Assembly (NCBI RefSeq): GCF_964355755.1
Contig: NC_092679.1
Span: 2,944,201-3,008,200 of the forward strand
Direction of reading: 5' to 3'
Source of the DNA: Antedon mediterranea
Taxonomy: Eukaryota; Animalia; Echinodermata
DNA length: 64,000 nucleotides
Positions within the stretch are counted from its first letter, which is position 1; the number at the start of each line of letters is the position of its first letter. The notes beneath the pieces were generated by a model, which worked only from the letters and a program-made list of their open reading frames with translations, was not told where the DNA came from and made no database searches. The translations under genes and the position numbers were made by a program. This document shows positions 49,730 through 63,785 of the stretch, one piece after another.

Positions 49730-50940
49730 CCATAGTAACTACTTATGAAAATAATCGAATAATGCGTTCTGCGCATGTGAATTGTGCAATAGTAACCACT
49801 TTTGACATAAATGGTTACTATAGCATAATAAACATGCGCAGAGTCGAATAATGCGTTCTGCGCATGCCAATTGTGCTATAGTCACCAGTTTTATAGAAAA
49901 ATAAAAAGGTCGAAAATTGGTCCTTTTTTAAAAAATCCCTGTACTATAGTACTGGGAAATTTTCGAAAAATCGGCAATTTTTGACCTTTTTATTTGTTGA
50001 CATAAATGGTTACTATAGCATAATAAACATGCGCAGAGTCGAATAATGCGTTCTGCGCATGTCAATTGTGCTATAATAACCACTTTTGACATAAATGGTT
50101 ACTATAGCATAATAAACATGCGCAGAAGCGAATAATGGGTTCTGCACATGTCAATTGTGCTATAGTAACGAGTTTTATCGAAAAATAAAAAGGTCGAAAA
50201 TTGGTCCTTTTTGAAAAAATCCCTGTACTATAGTACAGGAAAATTTTCGAAAAATCGCCAATTTTCGACCTTTAAATTTGTTGACATAAATGGTTACTAT
50301 AGCATAATAATCATGCGCAGAGTCAAATAATGCGTTCTGCGCATGTCAATTGTGCTATAATAACCACTTTTGCCATAAATGGTTACTATAGCATAATAAA
50401 CATGAGCAGAGGCGAATAATGGGTTCTGCGCATGCCAATTGTGCTATAGTAACCAGTTTTATCGAAAAATAAAAAGGTCGAAAATTGGTCCTTTTTGAAA
50501 AAATCCCTGTACTATAGTACAGGGAAATTTTCGAAAATTCGCCAATTTTCGACTTTTTTATTTGTTGACTTAAATGGTTACTATATAGCATAATAAACAT
50601 GCGCAGAGTGGAATAATGGGTTCTGCGCATGCCAATTGTGCTATAGTAATCAATTTTATCGAAAAATAAAAAGGTCGAAAATTGGTCCTTTTTGAAAAAA
50701 TCCCTGTACTATAGTACAGGAAAATTTTCGAAAAATCGCCAATTTTCGACCTTTTTATTTGTTGACATAAATGGTTACTATAGCATAATAAACATGCGCA
50801 GAGTCGAATAATGCGTTCTGCGCATGCCAATTGTGCTATAGTAACCACTTTTGACATAAATGGTTACTATAGCATAATAAACATGCGCAGAGACGAATAA
50901 TGGGTTCTGCGCATGCCAATTGTGCTATAGTAATCAGTTA
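49730..50940. repeat. Satellite A: alternating palindromic modules (~89 bp and ~110 bp)
   Basis: Module 1 ggttactatagc..catgcgcaga..tctgcgcatg..gctatagtaacc; module 2 centred on the palindrome ccctgtactatagtacaggg. It resumes at 58971-59047, with diverged relatives at 61215-62100. Confidence 0.9.
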
Positions 50941-53900
50941 TAATAATGATATAAGCAGTGAGTTAGGCAGATCATAAGTCAGCTCTCCTTAATTGCCTAA
51001 GTCACACAGCTGACTTAGGCAGAAACACAAAAAATATAGTATATTGATATAAGCAGTGAGTTAGGCAGAAAAACAAAAAAAAATTATGAGTAAGACACTT
51101 TTGTTATGAGGCTGTCGATATCATCTATATACAAAAAAATGCTACCTTTAAGTAACAACATTTAATAGCATAGCTCTTCAGATTAAAATTAACACTGATG
51201 ATTTTAGAAAAGGTAAGTAGCAATAAAAGAGAAAGAATTTGTAACAAATGGGTTAAAAAATATACTATAAAAATGTATTTCTTATTTTATTAAAAAAATC
51301 ATGAGTCTCCTCTCCTTAATTGCCTAAGTCACACAGCTGACTTAGGCAGAAACACAAAAAACGATCTGAACATGTGCAAATGCATATAAAAGCACTCAGA
51401 TAATGTACAGAGGGCAGTATAATGATATAAGCAGTGAGTTAGGCAGATCATAAGTCCGCTCTCCTTAATTGCCTAAGTCACACAGCTGACTTAGGCAGAA
51501 ACACAAAAAATATAGTATAATTTTGATATAAGCAGTGAGTTAGGCAGAAAAACAAAACAAAAATTATGACTTAGACACTTTTGTTATGAGGCTGTCGATA
51601 TCATCTATATACAAAAAATGCTACCTTTAAATAACAACATTTAGTAGCATAGCTCTTCAGATTGAAATTAACACTGATGATTTTAGAAAAGGTAAGTAGC
51701 AATAAAAGAGAAATAATTTGTAACAAATGGGTTAAAAAATATACTATAAAAATGTATTTCTTATTTCATTAAAAAAATCATGAGTCTCCTCTCCTTAATT
51801 GCCTAAGTCACACAGCTGACTTAGGCAGAAACACAAAAAACGATCTGAACATGTGCAAATGCATATAAAAGCACTCAGATAATGTACAGAGGGCAGTATA
51901 ATGATATAAGCAGTGAGTTAGGCAGAAACAAAATCATGACTTAGACACTTTTGTTATGAGGCTGTCGATATCATCTATATACAAAAAATGCTACCTTTAA
52001 GTAACAACATTTAGTAGCATAGCTCTTCGGATTAAAATTAAAACTGATGATTTTAGAAAAGGAAAGTAGCAATAAAAGAGAAAGAATTTGTTACAAATGG
52101 GTTAAAAAATATACTATAAAAATGTATTTCTTATTTTATTTAAAAAATCATGAGTCTCCTCTCCTTAATTGCCTAAGTCACACAACTGACTTAGGCAGAA
52201 ACACAAAAAACGATCTGAACATGTGCAAATGTATATAAAAGCACTAAGATAATGTACAGAGGGCAGTATAATGATATAAGCAGTGAGTTAGGCAGATCAT
52301 AAGTCAGCTCTCCTTAATTGCCGAAGTCACACAGCTGACTTAGGCAGAAACACAAAAAATATAGTATATTGATATAAGCAGTGAGTTAGGCAGAAAAAAA
52401 AATTATGACTTAGACACTTTTGTTATGAGGCTGTCGATATCATCTATATACAAAAAATGCTACCTTTAAGTAACACAATTTAATAGCATCAGCTCTTCAG
52501 ATTAAAATTAACACTGATGATTTTAGAAAAGGAAAGTAACAATAAAAGAGAAATAATTTGTAACAAATGGGTTAAAAAATATACTATAAAAATGTATTTC
52601 TTATTTTATTTAAAAAATCATGAGTCTCCACTCCTTAATTGCCTAAGTCACACAGCTGACTTAGGCAGAAAGACAAAAAAACGATCTGAGCATGTGCAAA
52701 TGTATATAAAAGCACTCAGATAATGTACAGAGGGCAGTATAAAGATATAAGCAGTGAGTTAGGCAGATCATAAGTCAGCTCTCCTTAATTGCCTAAGTCA
52801 CACAGCTGACTTACGCAGAAACACAAAAAATTTGGTATATTGATATAAGCAGTGAGTTAGGCAGAAAAACAAAAACAAAATTATGACTTAGACACTTTTG
52901 TTATGAGGCTGTCGATATCATCTATATACAAAAAATGCTACCTTTAAGTTACAACATTTAATAGCATAGCTCTTCAGATTAAAATTAACACTGATGATTT
53001 TAGAAAAGGAAAGTAGCAATAAAAGAGAAAGAATTTGTTACAAATGGGTTAAAAAATATACTATAAAAATGTATTTCTTATTTTATTTAAAAAATCATGA
53101 GTCTCCTCTCCTTAATTGCCTAAGTCACACAGCTGACTTAGGCAGAAACACAAAAAACGATCTGAACATGTGCAAATGCATATAAAAGCACTCAGATAAT
53201 GTACAGAGGGCAGTATAATGATATAAGCAGTGAGTTAGGCAGAAACAAAATCATGACTTAGACACTTTTGTTATGAGGCTGTCGATATCATCTATATACA
53301 AAAAATGCTACCTTTAAGTAACAACATTTAGTAGCATAGCTCTTCGGATTAAAATTAAAACTGATGATTTTAGAAAAGGAAAGTAGCAATAAAAGAGAAA
53401 GAATTTGTTACAAATGGGTTAAAAAATATACTATAAAAATGTATTTCTTATTTTATTTAAAAAATCATGAGTCTCCTCTCCTTAATTGCCTAAGTCACAC
53501 AACTGACTTAGGCAGAAACACAAAAAACGATCTGAACATGTGCAAATGTATATAAAAGCACTAAGATAATGTACAGAGGGCAGTATAATGATATAAGCAG
53601 TGAGTTAGGCAGATCATAAGTCAGCTCTCCTTAATTGCCGAAGTCACACAGCTGACTTAGGCAGAAACACAAAAAATATAGTATATTGATATAAGCAGTG
53701 AGTTAGGCAGAAAAAAAAATTATGACTTAGACACTTTTGTTATGAGGCTGTCGATATCATCTATATACAAAAAATGCTACCTTTAAGTAACACAATTTAA
53801 TAGCATCAGCTCTTCAGATTAAAATTAACACTGATGATTTTAGAAAAGGAAAGTAACAATAAAAGAGAAATAATTTGTAACAAATGGGTTAAAAAATATA

Positions 53901-56900
53901 CTATAAAAATGTATTTCTTATTTTATTTAAAAAATCATGAGTCTCCACTCCTTAATTGCCTAAGTCACACAGCTGACTTAGGCAGAAAGACAAAAAAACG
54001 ATCTGAGCATGTGCAAATGTATATAAAAGCACTCAGATAATGTACAGAGGGCAGTATAAAGATATAAGCAGTGAGTTAGGCAGATCATAAGTCAGCTCTC
54101 CTTAATTGCCTAAGTCACACAGCTGACTTACGCAGAAACACAAAAAATTTGGTATATTGATATAAGCAGTGAGTTAGGCAGAAAAACAAAAACAAAATTA
54201 TGACTTAGACACTTTTGTTATGAGGCTGTCGATATCATCTATATACAAAAAATGCTACCTTTAAGTTACAACATTTAATAGCATAGCTCTTCAGATTAAA
54301 ATTAACACTGATGATTTTAGAAAAGGAAAGTAGCAATAAAAGAGAAAGAATTTGTTACAAATGGGTTAAAAAATATACTATAAAAATGTATTTCTTATTT
54401 TATTTAAAAAATCATGAGTCTCCTCTCCTTAATTGCCTAAGTCACACAGCTGACTTAGGCAGAAACACAAAAAACGATCTGAACATGTGCAAATGCATAT
54501 AAAAGCACTCAGATAATGTACAGAGGGCAGTATAATAATATAAGCAGTGAGTTAGGCAGATCATAAGTCAGCTCTCCTTAATTGCCTAAGTCACACAGCT
54601 GACTTAGGCAGAAACACAAAAAATATAGTATATTGATATAAGCAGTGAGTTAGGCAGAAAAACACAAAAAAATTATGACTTAGACACTTTGTTATGAGGC
54701 TGTCGATATCATCTATATACAAAAAATGCTACATTTAAGTAACAAAATTTAATAGCATCAGCTCTTCAGATTAAAATTAACACTGATGATTTTAGAAAAG
54801 GAAAGTAGCAATAAAAGAGAAAGAATTTGTTACAAATGGGTTAAAAAATATACTATAAAAATGTATTTCTTATTTTATTTAAAAAATCATGAGTCTCCAC
54901 TCCTTAATTGCCTAAGTCACACAGCTGACTTAGGCAGAAACACAACAAATATAGTATATTGATATAAGCAGTGAGTTAGGCAGAAAAAAAATCATGACTT
55001 AGACACTTTTGTTATGAGGCTGTCGATATCATCTATATACAAAAAATGCTACCTTTAAGTAACAACATTTAGTAGCATAGCTCTTCGGATTAAAATTAAA
55101 ACTGATGATTTTAGAAAAGGAAAGTAGCAATAAAAGAGAAAGAATTTGTTACAAATGGGTTAAAAAATATACCATAAAAATGTATTTCTTATTTTATTTA
55201 AAAAATCATGAGTCTCCTCTCCTTAATTGCCTAAGTCAGACAGCTGACTTAGGCAGAAACACAAAAAAACGATCTGAACATGTGCAAATGTATATAAAAA
55301 GCACTCAGATAATGTACAGAGGCCAGTATAATGATATAAGCAGTGAGTTAGGCAGATCATAAGTCCGCTCTCCTTAATTGCCTAAGTCACACAGCTGACT
55401 TAGGCAGAAACACAAAAAATATAGTATAATTTTGATATAAGCAGTGAGTTAGGCAGAAAAACAAAACAAAAATTATGACTTAGACACTTTTGTTATGAGG
55501 CTGTCGATATCATCTATATACAAAAAATGCTACCTTTAAATAACAACATTTAGTAGCATAGCTCTTCAGATTGAAATTAACACTGATGATTTTAGAAAAG
55601 GTAAGTAGCAATAAAAGAGAAATAATTTGTAACAAATGGGTTAAAAAATATACTATAAAAATGTATTTCTTATTTTATTTAAAAAATCATGAGTCTCCAC
55701 TCCTTAATTGCCTAAGTCACACAGCTGACTTAGGCAGAAACACAAAAAACGATCTGAACATGTGCAAATGTATATAAAAGCACTCAGATAATGTACAGAG
55801 GGCAGTATAAAGATATAAGCAGTGAGTTAGGCAGATCATAAGTCAGCTCTCCTTAATTGCCTAAGTCACACAGCTGACTTAGGCAGAAACACAACAAATA
55901 TAGTATATTGATATAAGCAGTGAGTTAGGCAGATCATAAGTCAGCTCTCCTTAATTGACTAAGTCACACAGCTGACTTGGGCAGAAACACAACAAATATA
56001 GTATATTGATATAAGCAGTGAGTTAGGCAGAAAAAAAATTATGACTTAGACACTTTTGTTATGAGGCTGTCGATATCATCTATATACAAAAAATGCTACC
56101 TTTAAGTAACAAAATGAAATAGCATTAATAGCTCTTCAGATTAAAATTAACACTGATGATTTTAGAAAAGGTAAGTAGCAATAAAAGAGAAAGAATTACA
56201 AATGGGTTAAAAAATATACTATAAAAATGTATTTCTTATTTTATTTAAAAAATCATGAGTCTCCTCTCCTTAATTGCCTAAGTCACACAACTGACTTAGG
56301 CAGAAACACAAAAAACGATCTGAACATGTGCAAATGTATATAAAAGCACTAAGATAATGTACAGAGGGCAGTATAAAGATATAAGCAGTGAGTTAGGCAG
56401 ATCATAAGTCAGCTCTCCTTAATTGCCTAAGTCACACAGCTGACTTAGGCAGAAACACAACAAATATAGTATATTGATATAAGCAGTGAGTTAGGCAGAT
56501 CATAAGTCAGCTCTCCTTAATTGACTAAGTCACACAACTGACTTGGGCAGAAACACAACAAATATAGTATATTGATATAAGCAGTGAGTTAGGCAGAAAA
56601 AAAATTATGACTTAGACACTTTTGTTATGAGGCTGTCGATATCATCTATATACAAAAAATGCTACCTTTAAGTAACAAAATGAAATAGCATTAATAGCTC
56701 TTCAGATTAAAATTAACACTGATGATTTTAGAAAAGGTAAGTAGCAATAAAAGAGAAAGAATTACAAATGGGTTAAAAAATATACTATAAAAATGTATTT
56801 CTTATTTTATTTAAAAAATCATGAGCCTCCACTCCTTAATTGCCTAAGTCACACAGCTGACTTAGGCAGAAACACAAAAAAAACGATCTGAGCATGTGCA

Positions 56901-58262
56901 AATGTATATAAAAGCACTCAGATAATGTACAGAGGGCAGTATAAAGATATAAGCAGTGAGTTAGGCAGATCATAAGTCAGCTCTCCTTAATTGCCTAAGT
57001 CACACAGCTGACTTAGGCAGAAACACAAAAAATATAGTATATTGATATAAGCAGTGAGTTAGGCAGATCATAAGTCAGCTCTCCTTAATTGACTAAGTCA
57101 CACAGCTGACTTGCGCAGAAACACAACAAATATAGTATATTGATATAAGCAGTGAGTTAGGCAGAAAAAAAAATTATGACTTAGACACTTTTGTTATGAG
57201 GCTGTCGATACCATCTATATACTAAAAATGCTACCTTTAAGTAACAACATTTATTAGCATAAGCTCTTCAGATTAAAATTAACACTGATGATTTTAGAAA
57301 AGGAAAGTAGCAATAAAAGAGAAAGAATTTGTTACAAATGGGTTAAAAAATATACTATAAAAATGTATTTCTTATTTTATTAAAAAAAATCATGAGTCTC
57401 CTCTCCTTAATTGCCTAAGTCACACAGCTGACTTAGGCAGAAACACAAAAAAACGATCTGAACATGTGCAAATGTATTTAAAAAGCACTCAGATAATGTA
57501 CAGAGGCCAGTATAATGATATAAGCAGTGAGTTAGGCAGATCATAAGTCAGCTCTCCTTAATTGCCTAAGTCACACAGCTGACTTAGGCAGAAACACAAA
57601 AAATATAGTATATTGATATAAGCAGTGAGTTAGGCAGAAAAACAAAAAAATATTATGACTTAGACACTTTTGTTATGAGGCTGTCGATATCATCTATATA
57701 CAAAAATGCTACCTTTAAGTAACAAAATTTAATAGCATTAGCTCTTCAGATTAAAATTAACACTGATGATTTTAGAAAAGGAAAGTAGCAATAAAAGAGA
57801 AAGAATTTGTAACAAATGGGTTAAAAAATATACTATAAAAATGTATTTCTTATTTTATTTAAAAAATCAGTCTCCTCTCCTTATTGCCTAGGTCACACAG
57901 CTGACTTAGGCAGAAACACAAAAAAACCATCTGAGCATGTGCAAATGTATATGAAAGCACTCAGATAATGTACAGAGGGCAGTATAATGATATAAGCAGT
58001 GAGTTAGGCAGATCATAAGTCAGCTCTCCTTAATTGCCTAAGTCACACAGCTGACTTAGGCAGAAACAGAAAAAATATAGTATATTGATATAAGGAGTGA
58101 GTTAGGCAGATCATATGTCAGCTCTCCTTAATTGCCTAAGTCACACAGCTGACTTGGGCAACACAACAAATATAGTATATTGATATAAGCAGTGAGTTAG
58201 GTAGAAAAAAAAATTATGTCTTAGACACTTTTGTTATGAGGCTGTCGATATCATCTATATAC
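50941..58262. repeat. Satellite B: ~370-570-bp modular monomers (~15-16 copies) with a 1317-bp higher-order repeat
   Basis: Recurring ctgatgattttagaaaagg and hairpin TGCCTAAGTCA-cacagc-TGACTTAGGCA. ORF-track echoes at 52047/53364, 52517/53834 and 52994/54311 are all 1317 bp apart. Confidence 0.95.
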
Positions 58263-58970
58263 AAACAAGGCCATATAGATGGCTGCAGTAGCGTGCTCAT
58301 TAGTGTTTACCGTCCGACCGACCAACCTACCAACTGATCAAAATTACTGAACATGTTTAAAAATGTTGAAATGTTTAAAAACATTTATATTTTTTTAATT
58401 TACACGTGCGTAGCCTGTCACTTTTAACGTGTTCGTATAACGTAATTTCGAGTTGAAAAGTAAGTCAAGAAAACAGAAATCGGGCAAAAAGAGTGCGCAG
58501 TGCGCGCGCAAAAATCTGCGCACTCATGGCAATTTTGTAAACGCTTAAAATTGCCTGAAACGTACTCTTATTTCATCGAAAATAAATTTTGAAAATTTTT
58601 AGCACGCGTACGCATGCGTTACATGCGCTACGCACGTAATTGTATTGCCATATGATGATTTATGCCCTGAAATTTATGAGTACCAAATTTTATTTAATTG
58701 TGATTCATGGTTGGTTTGATTACAAACGTGATTTCGTTAAATCGTGCGTAGACCACGTAATTTTTTATTGCGCACCCTGAAAACATAACCACATCGATTC
58801 CTGGCCATAAGGAATATACTGTGAAAAATTGACTTAGCTAGATTAAACTGATATCGAGATAAGGTCAGAAAGCGATAAAACGCATAGTGATACCGGACCG
58901 ACAGACAAACCAACAGACAGACCGACCGACCGACATAGTCAACTATAAAGTCGCGACCACGCGACTAAAA
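58263..58970 (-). mobile_element. Helentron-associated (DINE-1/HINE-like) non-autonomous element
   Basis: Minus strand: ttttagtcgcgtggtcgcgact 5' palindrome, (GTCG/GTCT)n microsatellite, 3' stem-loop gccat-ctat-atggc followed by cttgttt. Confidence 0.75.
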
Positions 58971-59089
58971 ATCCCTGTACTATAGTACAGGGAAATTTTC
59001 GAAAAATCGCCAATTTTCGACCTTTTTATTTGTTGATATAAATGGTTGGCCCATACAGGAAAGAGTTTCCTGTATACAAGTACAAAGGA

Positions 59090-60290
59090 TTCTAAAATAA
59101 CCCATGTGGATTTGCCCGAATGAACCCTCTAAGGACCCTTTTGGGATCTATATGTGGTGTGCTACATAAGGCCCTGTATTAGAAATTAGTATGGGGTAAA
59201 TAGTTCATAGATGAACTATGGAATAAAACTAAATGTGCACCCTCAATCTTTAAATAACATTTATGGATTTGCCCAAATGAACCCAAGGGCCGATCCTTCA
59301 TGGACCTTTCGGGGTTCTCTATGTGGGGCTACAAGAGACCCTATATTGGAAATAATGTATGTGGGGTGAAAATGTGGGTTCATAGAGATATAATAAATAT
59401 CCCTGTGCACCCTCGATCATCCATAAGGAATATTTTATGGATTTGCCCAAATTAACCCAAGGGCCGGTCGTTCTCCATGGATGGACATTAAGCCCCATAA
59501 TGGAAATATAAGGGGTGACACTTTCATATAGACAGGCGTGGCCTATGAATTAAGCTGCCTGTGCACTCTCGATCCTTAAGAAAAATTTATGGATTTGCCC
59601 AAATTAACCAAAGGGCCGGTCCTCCGTGGACATTAAGCCCCATAATGGAAATATAATGGATGACACTGTGGGTTTATATAGACAGGCACAACCATGGAAT
59701 AAAGCTGCCTGTGCACTCTCGATCCTTAAGGAACACTTATGGATTTTCCCAAATTAACCCAAGGGCCGGTCCTCCATGGATGGACATTAAGCCCCATAAT
59801 GGACATATAAGGGGTGAAACTGTGGGTTCATAATAGACAGGCGGGGCCCATGGAATAAAGCTGCCTTGCACTCTCGATCCTTAAGGAACACTTATGGATT
59901 TGCCCAAATTAACCCAAGGGCCGGTCATCCATGGACATTAAGCCTCATAATGGAAATATAAGGGGTGACAATGTGGGTTTATATAGACAGGCACATGGAA
60001 TAAAGCTGCATGTGCACTCTCGATCCTTAAGGAACCGATTTGGATTTTGCCTAAAATGAAACAACAGCAGGTCATCTATTTAAACCCTTCTGTGGTTCTC
60101 TAACTGTATGTTCAGTTCTACATTTGGCTCCTGTATCGGATCAATGCATTTGGCTACATAAGTTACCGTGTTAGAAATATATCGGGTAACTAAAACTGTA
60201 GGTTCCAATATTAAGCCATGGGAAAAGCCTGTCTGTGCACTCTCAATCCTTTTAAAAGGAACCCATATGGATTTGCCAAAATGAACCAAG
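59090..60290. repeat. Satellite C: diverged ~150-175-bp tandem units
   Basis: atggatttgcccaaattaacccaagggccggtc recurs about 8 times (about 59108, 59265, 59440, 59591, 59741, 59896, 60041, 60269). Confidence 0.85.
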
Positions 60291-60449
60291 TGTAACTTCT
60301 GAATTCTCTATGAGCCGTACATTCCGTTTATTGGAGATTCGTGGATACCTGATTGAAATTGCTCAAATATTTCTGAAAGACATTGTACTGTATAGTAATA
60401 GTATTATTCCCCTTCCACACCTCTTTGAATTAAATCCGCCCTGATAGGC

Positions 60450-61210
60450 TCTTAGGTACAGGATTTAAAGGCAATAATCACACTTGCATTTTTCAAACAG
60501 TATAATCTATTAGATTGAATAAAAATATCTATTATAAACAATTTGCCGTTAGAAATCTCTGTGCCATGTCGTTATTTAGATGAGAAAAACAGGTCAAAGG
60601 TTAACATTACAGACAAATAGGTGTTTCAGTCACTTTTGAAAAAAAGTTGCATTATGGCAAGTATAAACATATATATTGTGAACAATTTGACACCACAATT
60701 GGCTCCTTACGACAAATATTTATTAATTTATGTTTTTATAACCTTATTCAATTATGTCAAAGGTTAATAACCACACTTCCGGTCATTTTCAAGCAATATC
60801 ATCTGTTATACTGAATATAAATGTATATCTTGGGAACAATTTGCTCCTATTTTTAATTCTGTCCGACCTGCCGTTACATAGATATAGCAAAAAGAGGTCA
60901 AAGGTCAAAATTGCTAACAATGGGGTTTCCGGTCAATTTTTCAAAGAAATTTCTGTTAGAGCTAATATAAACATATACATTGTGAACAATTTGACACCAA
61001 CACTCACTACGCCCAGAATTTCCAGAGATATAGCATGTTTTTATATTGGTCAATTTTGAACTTTGACCCCTTATATCTCGAAAACGCTTCCTATCCTGAT
61101 CGATTACCTTCCATATTCGTAATCTACGGAAAATTCTGGTCTAGAAAAGTTGGATGGCAATTTGTCCCCTTTCGGGTGGTGATATCCCCCCTCCTGCCAC
61201 CGGACTAATA
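60450..61210 (-). mobile_element. Probable non-autonomous DNA element (HINE-like head on minus strand)
   Basis: Minus strand starts tattagtccggtggcagg; internal duplicated motifs attgtgaacaatttgacacca and aggtcaaagg. Boundaries are approximate. Confidence 0.35.
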
Positions 61211-61583
61211 CGTGTATAAGATAATTCAATAATATCACCATATATTGTTATCATCTTATAGGGCCATAGTAACTAGTTTTGTTAAAAAATAAAAGGGTCA
61301 AAATTTGGCCATTTTTCTAAAAAAAAAGTCCCTGTACTATAGTACAGGGACTTTTTTTCGAAAAATGGCCAAAATATAAACTTTTTAAAATTCAATAATT
61401 ATGCGATAACATTGCCATATATGCCCATATATTGTCTTATCATCTTATAGGGCCATAGTAACTAGTTTTGTCAAAAAAACAAAAGGGTCGAAATTTGACC
61501 AAAATATCAACTTTTTAAAATTCAATAATGAAGCGATAATATTGCCATATATTGTCTTATCATCATCTTATAGGGCCATAGAG

Positions 61584-61864
61584 CCCGTTCGGACGGAACA
61601 AATTTACACGTGTAATGGTCGCATGTGGTGTAAACTTTTAGATAAACTTGCTGTTTCAAAAAATCTACCTCATGAGGTGGATTTTTCAATTACACCTTAA
61701 ACCGCAAGCTGAATAACCGCAAGATAAGGAGCAATCTGACCCTAATAGTGTAAAGAGATGCACGAAATATGACCTTTACACGTGTAAATTGTTCATCATC
61801 CAAACGATCACTGATTACACATGTAAAGTTACACATGTAACTGATTTTACGTCCGAACACAGCC
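61584..61864. mobile_element. Harbinger-like MITE (TIR ~GC..GTTCGGACG)
   Basis: gcccgttcggacggaa...ttacgtccgaacacagc, with internal ttacacgtgtaa palindromes; interrupts satellite-A-like sequence. Confidence 0.55.
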
Positions 61865-62303
61865 AGTCGAAATCTGGCCTATTTTCGAAAATTTCCCTGT
61901 ACTATTTTTTACGAAAAATGGCCAAAATATAAATTTTTTAAATTCAATAATTATGCAATAATATTGACATATATATTGCGTTACATCACCTTATAGGGTC
62001 ATAGTAACCAGTTATATCAAAAAATAAAAGGGTCGAAATATGGTGCATTTTTCTAAAATGTCCCTGTACATTTATAGTAGTTTTTATAAAATGGTTGGCA
62101 ATATATATGTGTACTTTTAAGAAATAATAATAATCATATTTAATAAATAATTTCTGAAAGTAAACCCAAAATGTAAACTAGAATTCAAATTATCATTTAC
62201 TAGTTTTTATTATCAATTATAAATTTGTTCGATAAAACCACATTTTATCTATTCCATGATTTAAATTACTCTACCTAGCCTTCATATAATATTCTATTAT
62301 AAC

Positions 62304-63414
62304 CAGTGGCGTATCCAGTAGGGGGGGCCGGGGCCCTGATTTTGTTTCTGTCGGCACATCATCGCGGCCGTCGGCAAACAAAGGTGCCGGGGAAAAAAAT
62401 AAACTATTTATTCTGACAATAATTGAACTGTAAACATAATTCTTTTGAGTGTTTGTTTATTTACATATTATATCATCATTGATCCCTTCAGATCAACTAT
62501 TTTTTATTTTCATTACATCTAACGAAACACGTAAAGAATGTGTAGCACGTACGTACGTACGCGGTAGATTTTTTACTCAAAAGTCTTTGACCTTACCCTA
62601 AAACCTTGTTTTTGCATGCAGTTGAGCCTCTCATGACCTGGGATTTGTATGTCTTCCTACGCTAAGAGATTATATAGTTCCACATGCCATGCTTTTTTGT
62701 CTAAGATATATTTATTATAAGTGCCAAAACCGGGTTTTTTTTTCTCGATATGAGGCCTTTATTATTCAACATTTTTAAAGAAATCGCGATTGGCATTGCT
62801 CACGGTTGAATGATTTAGGATTCTAGCTGATTTGATTGGTGGATGCGAATCACCCGCAGCGGAATGTTTTCTCTCGCGCGTGTACCATGAATCTCTCTGA
62901 TCGTTACTACACAAAGTTAGAGCAATGAATTTGTCCGAATTCCGTTAAGTAAACAACTTTATAAATTTTATAAGCATTTAATAACATGTTTTATTGATAT
63001 TTCCAATGGTGATATATAAAATAAATTACTAAAAAACGTAATTATATGTAATTATTTTAACCAAAAATGGCGTAGTTAATAGAATTATCGACTACTGAGG
63101 CCGCAAATTGTTTTACTTCTTTCGTGGCTAAAAACGATCATTTTTGGCGATGTTTTAGACCCTATATTTCGAAAACTACAAATCAGATTTTCCCAATTCT
63201 TTCTTTATTGTAATATGAATACAACATACTAACAGATAATGTTGGTTTGGTTTTAATTTTTATCGTTATCCCATATAAGACAATGACTATGTAATCCTAG
63301 AACATATATTGATCAGAGACGTCGTATGTACAAACTACAGATAATGACTCCAATTTTGTCGGCAAATTGGCAATTCCCGGCCCCCCCAACTTCAAAATCC
63401 TGGATACGCCACTG
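62304..63414. mobile_element. Non-autonomous hAT transposon, 1111 bp
   Basis: Perfect 15-bp TIR CAGTGGCGTATCCAG/CTGGATACGCCACTG and perfect 8-bp TSD ATTATAAC (62296-62303, 63415-63422). Confidence 0.92.
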
Positions 63415-63696
63415 ATTATAACACACCTGATTGTATTCTTGCAATTGGTTAATTACGCATGTCGTGTCATTTAGAATTAAGCCCTACATAGCTGATACCT
63501 TATTGGTGATAATTTAGAGTGCTTTAAACATTTTAAAATGTTTTTCCACGTGACGTTACTTCGCATTAAAAATTCGGGTCTGGCTCCATAACAATAGAGC
63601 AGTCAATTTTTCGACTCATGAAATATTCTCACCATCCAACTCATAATAAACATTAATCAATTGTGGAATATTCGTAGCTGATAAATATATAACATA

Positions 63697-63785
63697 CAGT
63701 GGCGTAACGCAGAGGCTTATTTTTGACAAATCTGCTCATGGCCCCTGGGTTTAGCGAGTAAGCACTCATAGCCATTATGCCACTG
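63697..63785. mobile_element. hAT MITE, 89 bp
   Basis: TIR CAGTGGCGTAA/TTATGCCACTG with perfect 8-bp TSD ATAACATA. Confidence 0.88.

Noticed and set aside
52047-55777. Repeated MILEKESS... ORFs
   Set aside because: By-products of satellite B; frameshifted in other monomers, with no domain signal.
49730-58262. CRISPR-like appearance of palindromic repeats
   Set aside because: Eukaryotic context, intervening sequences are themselves repeated rather than unique spacers, and no cas genes are present.
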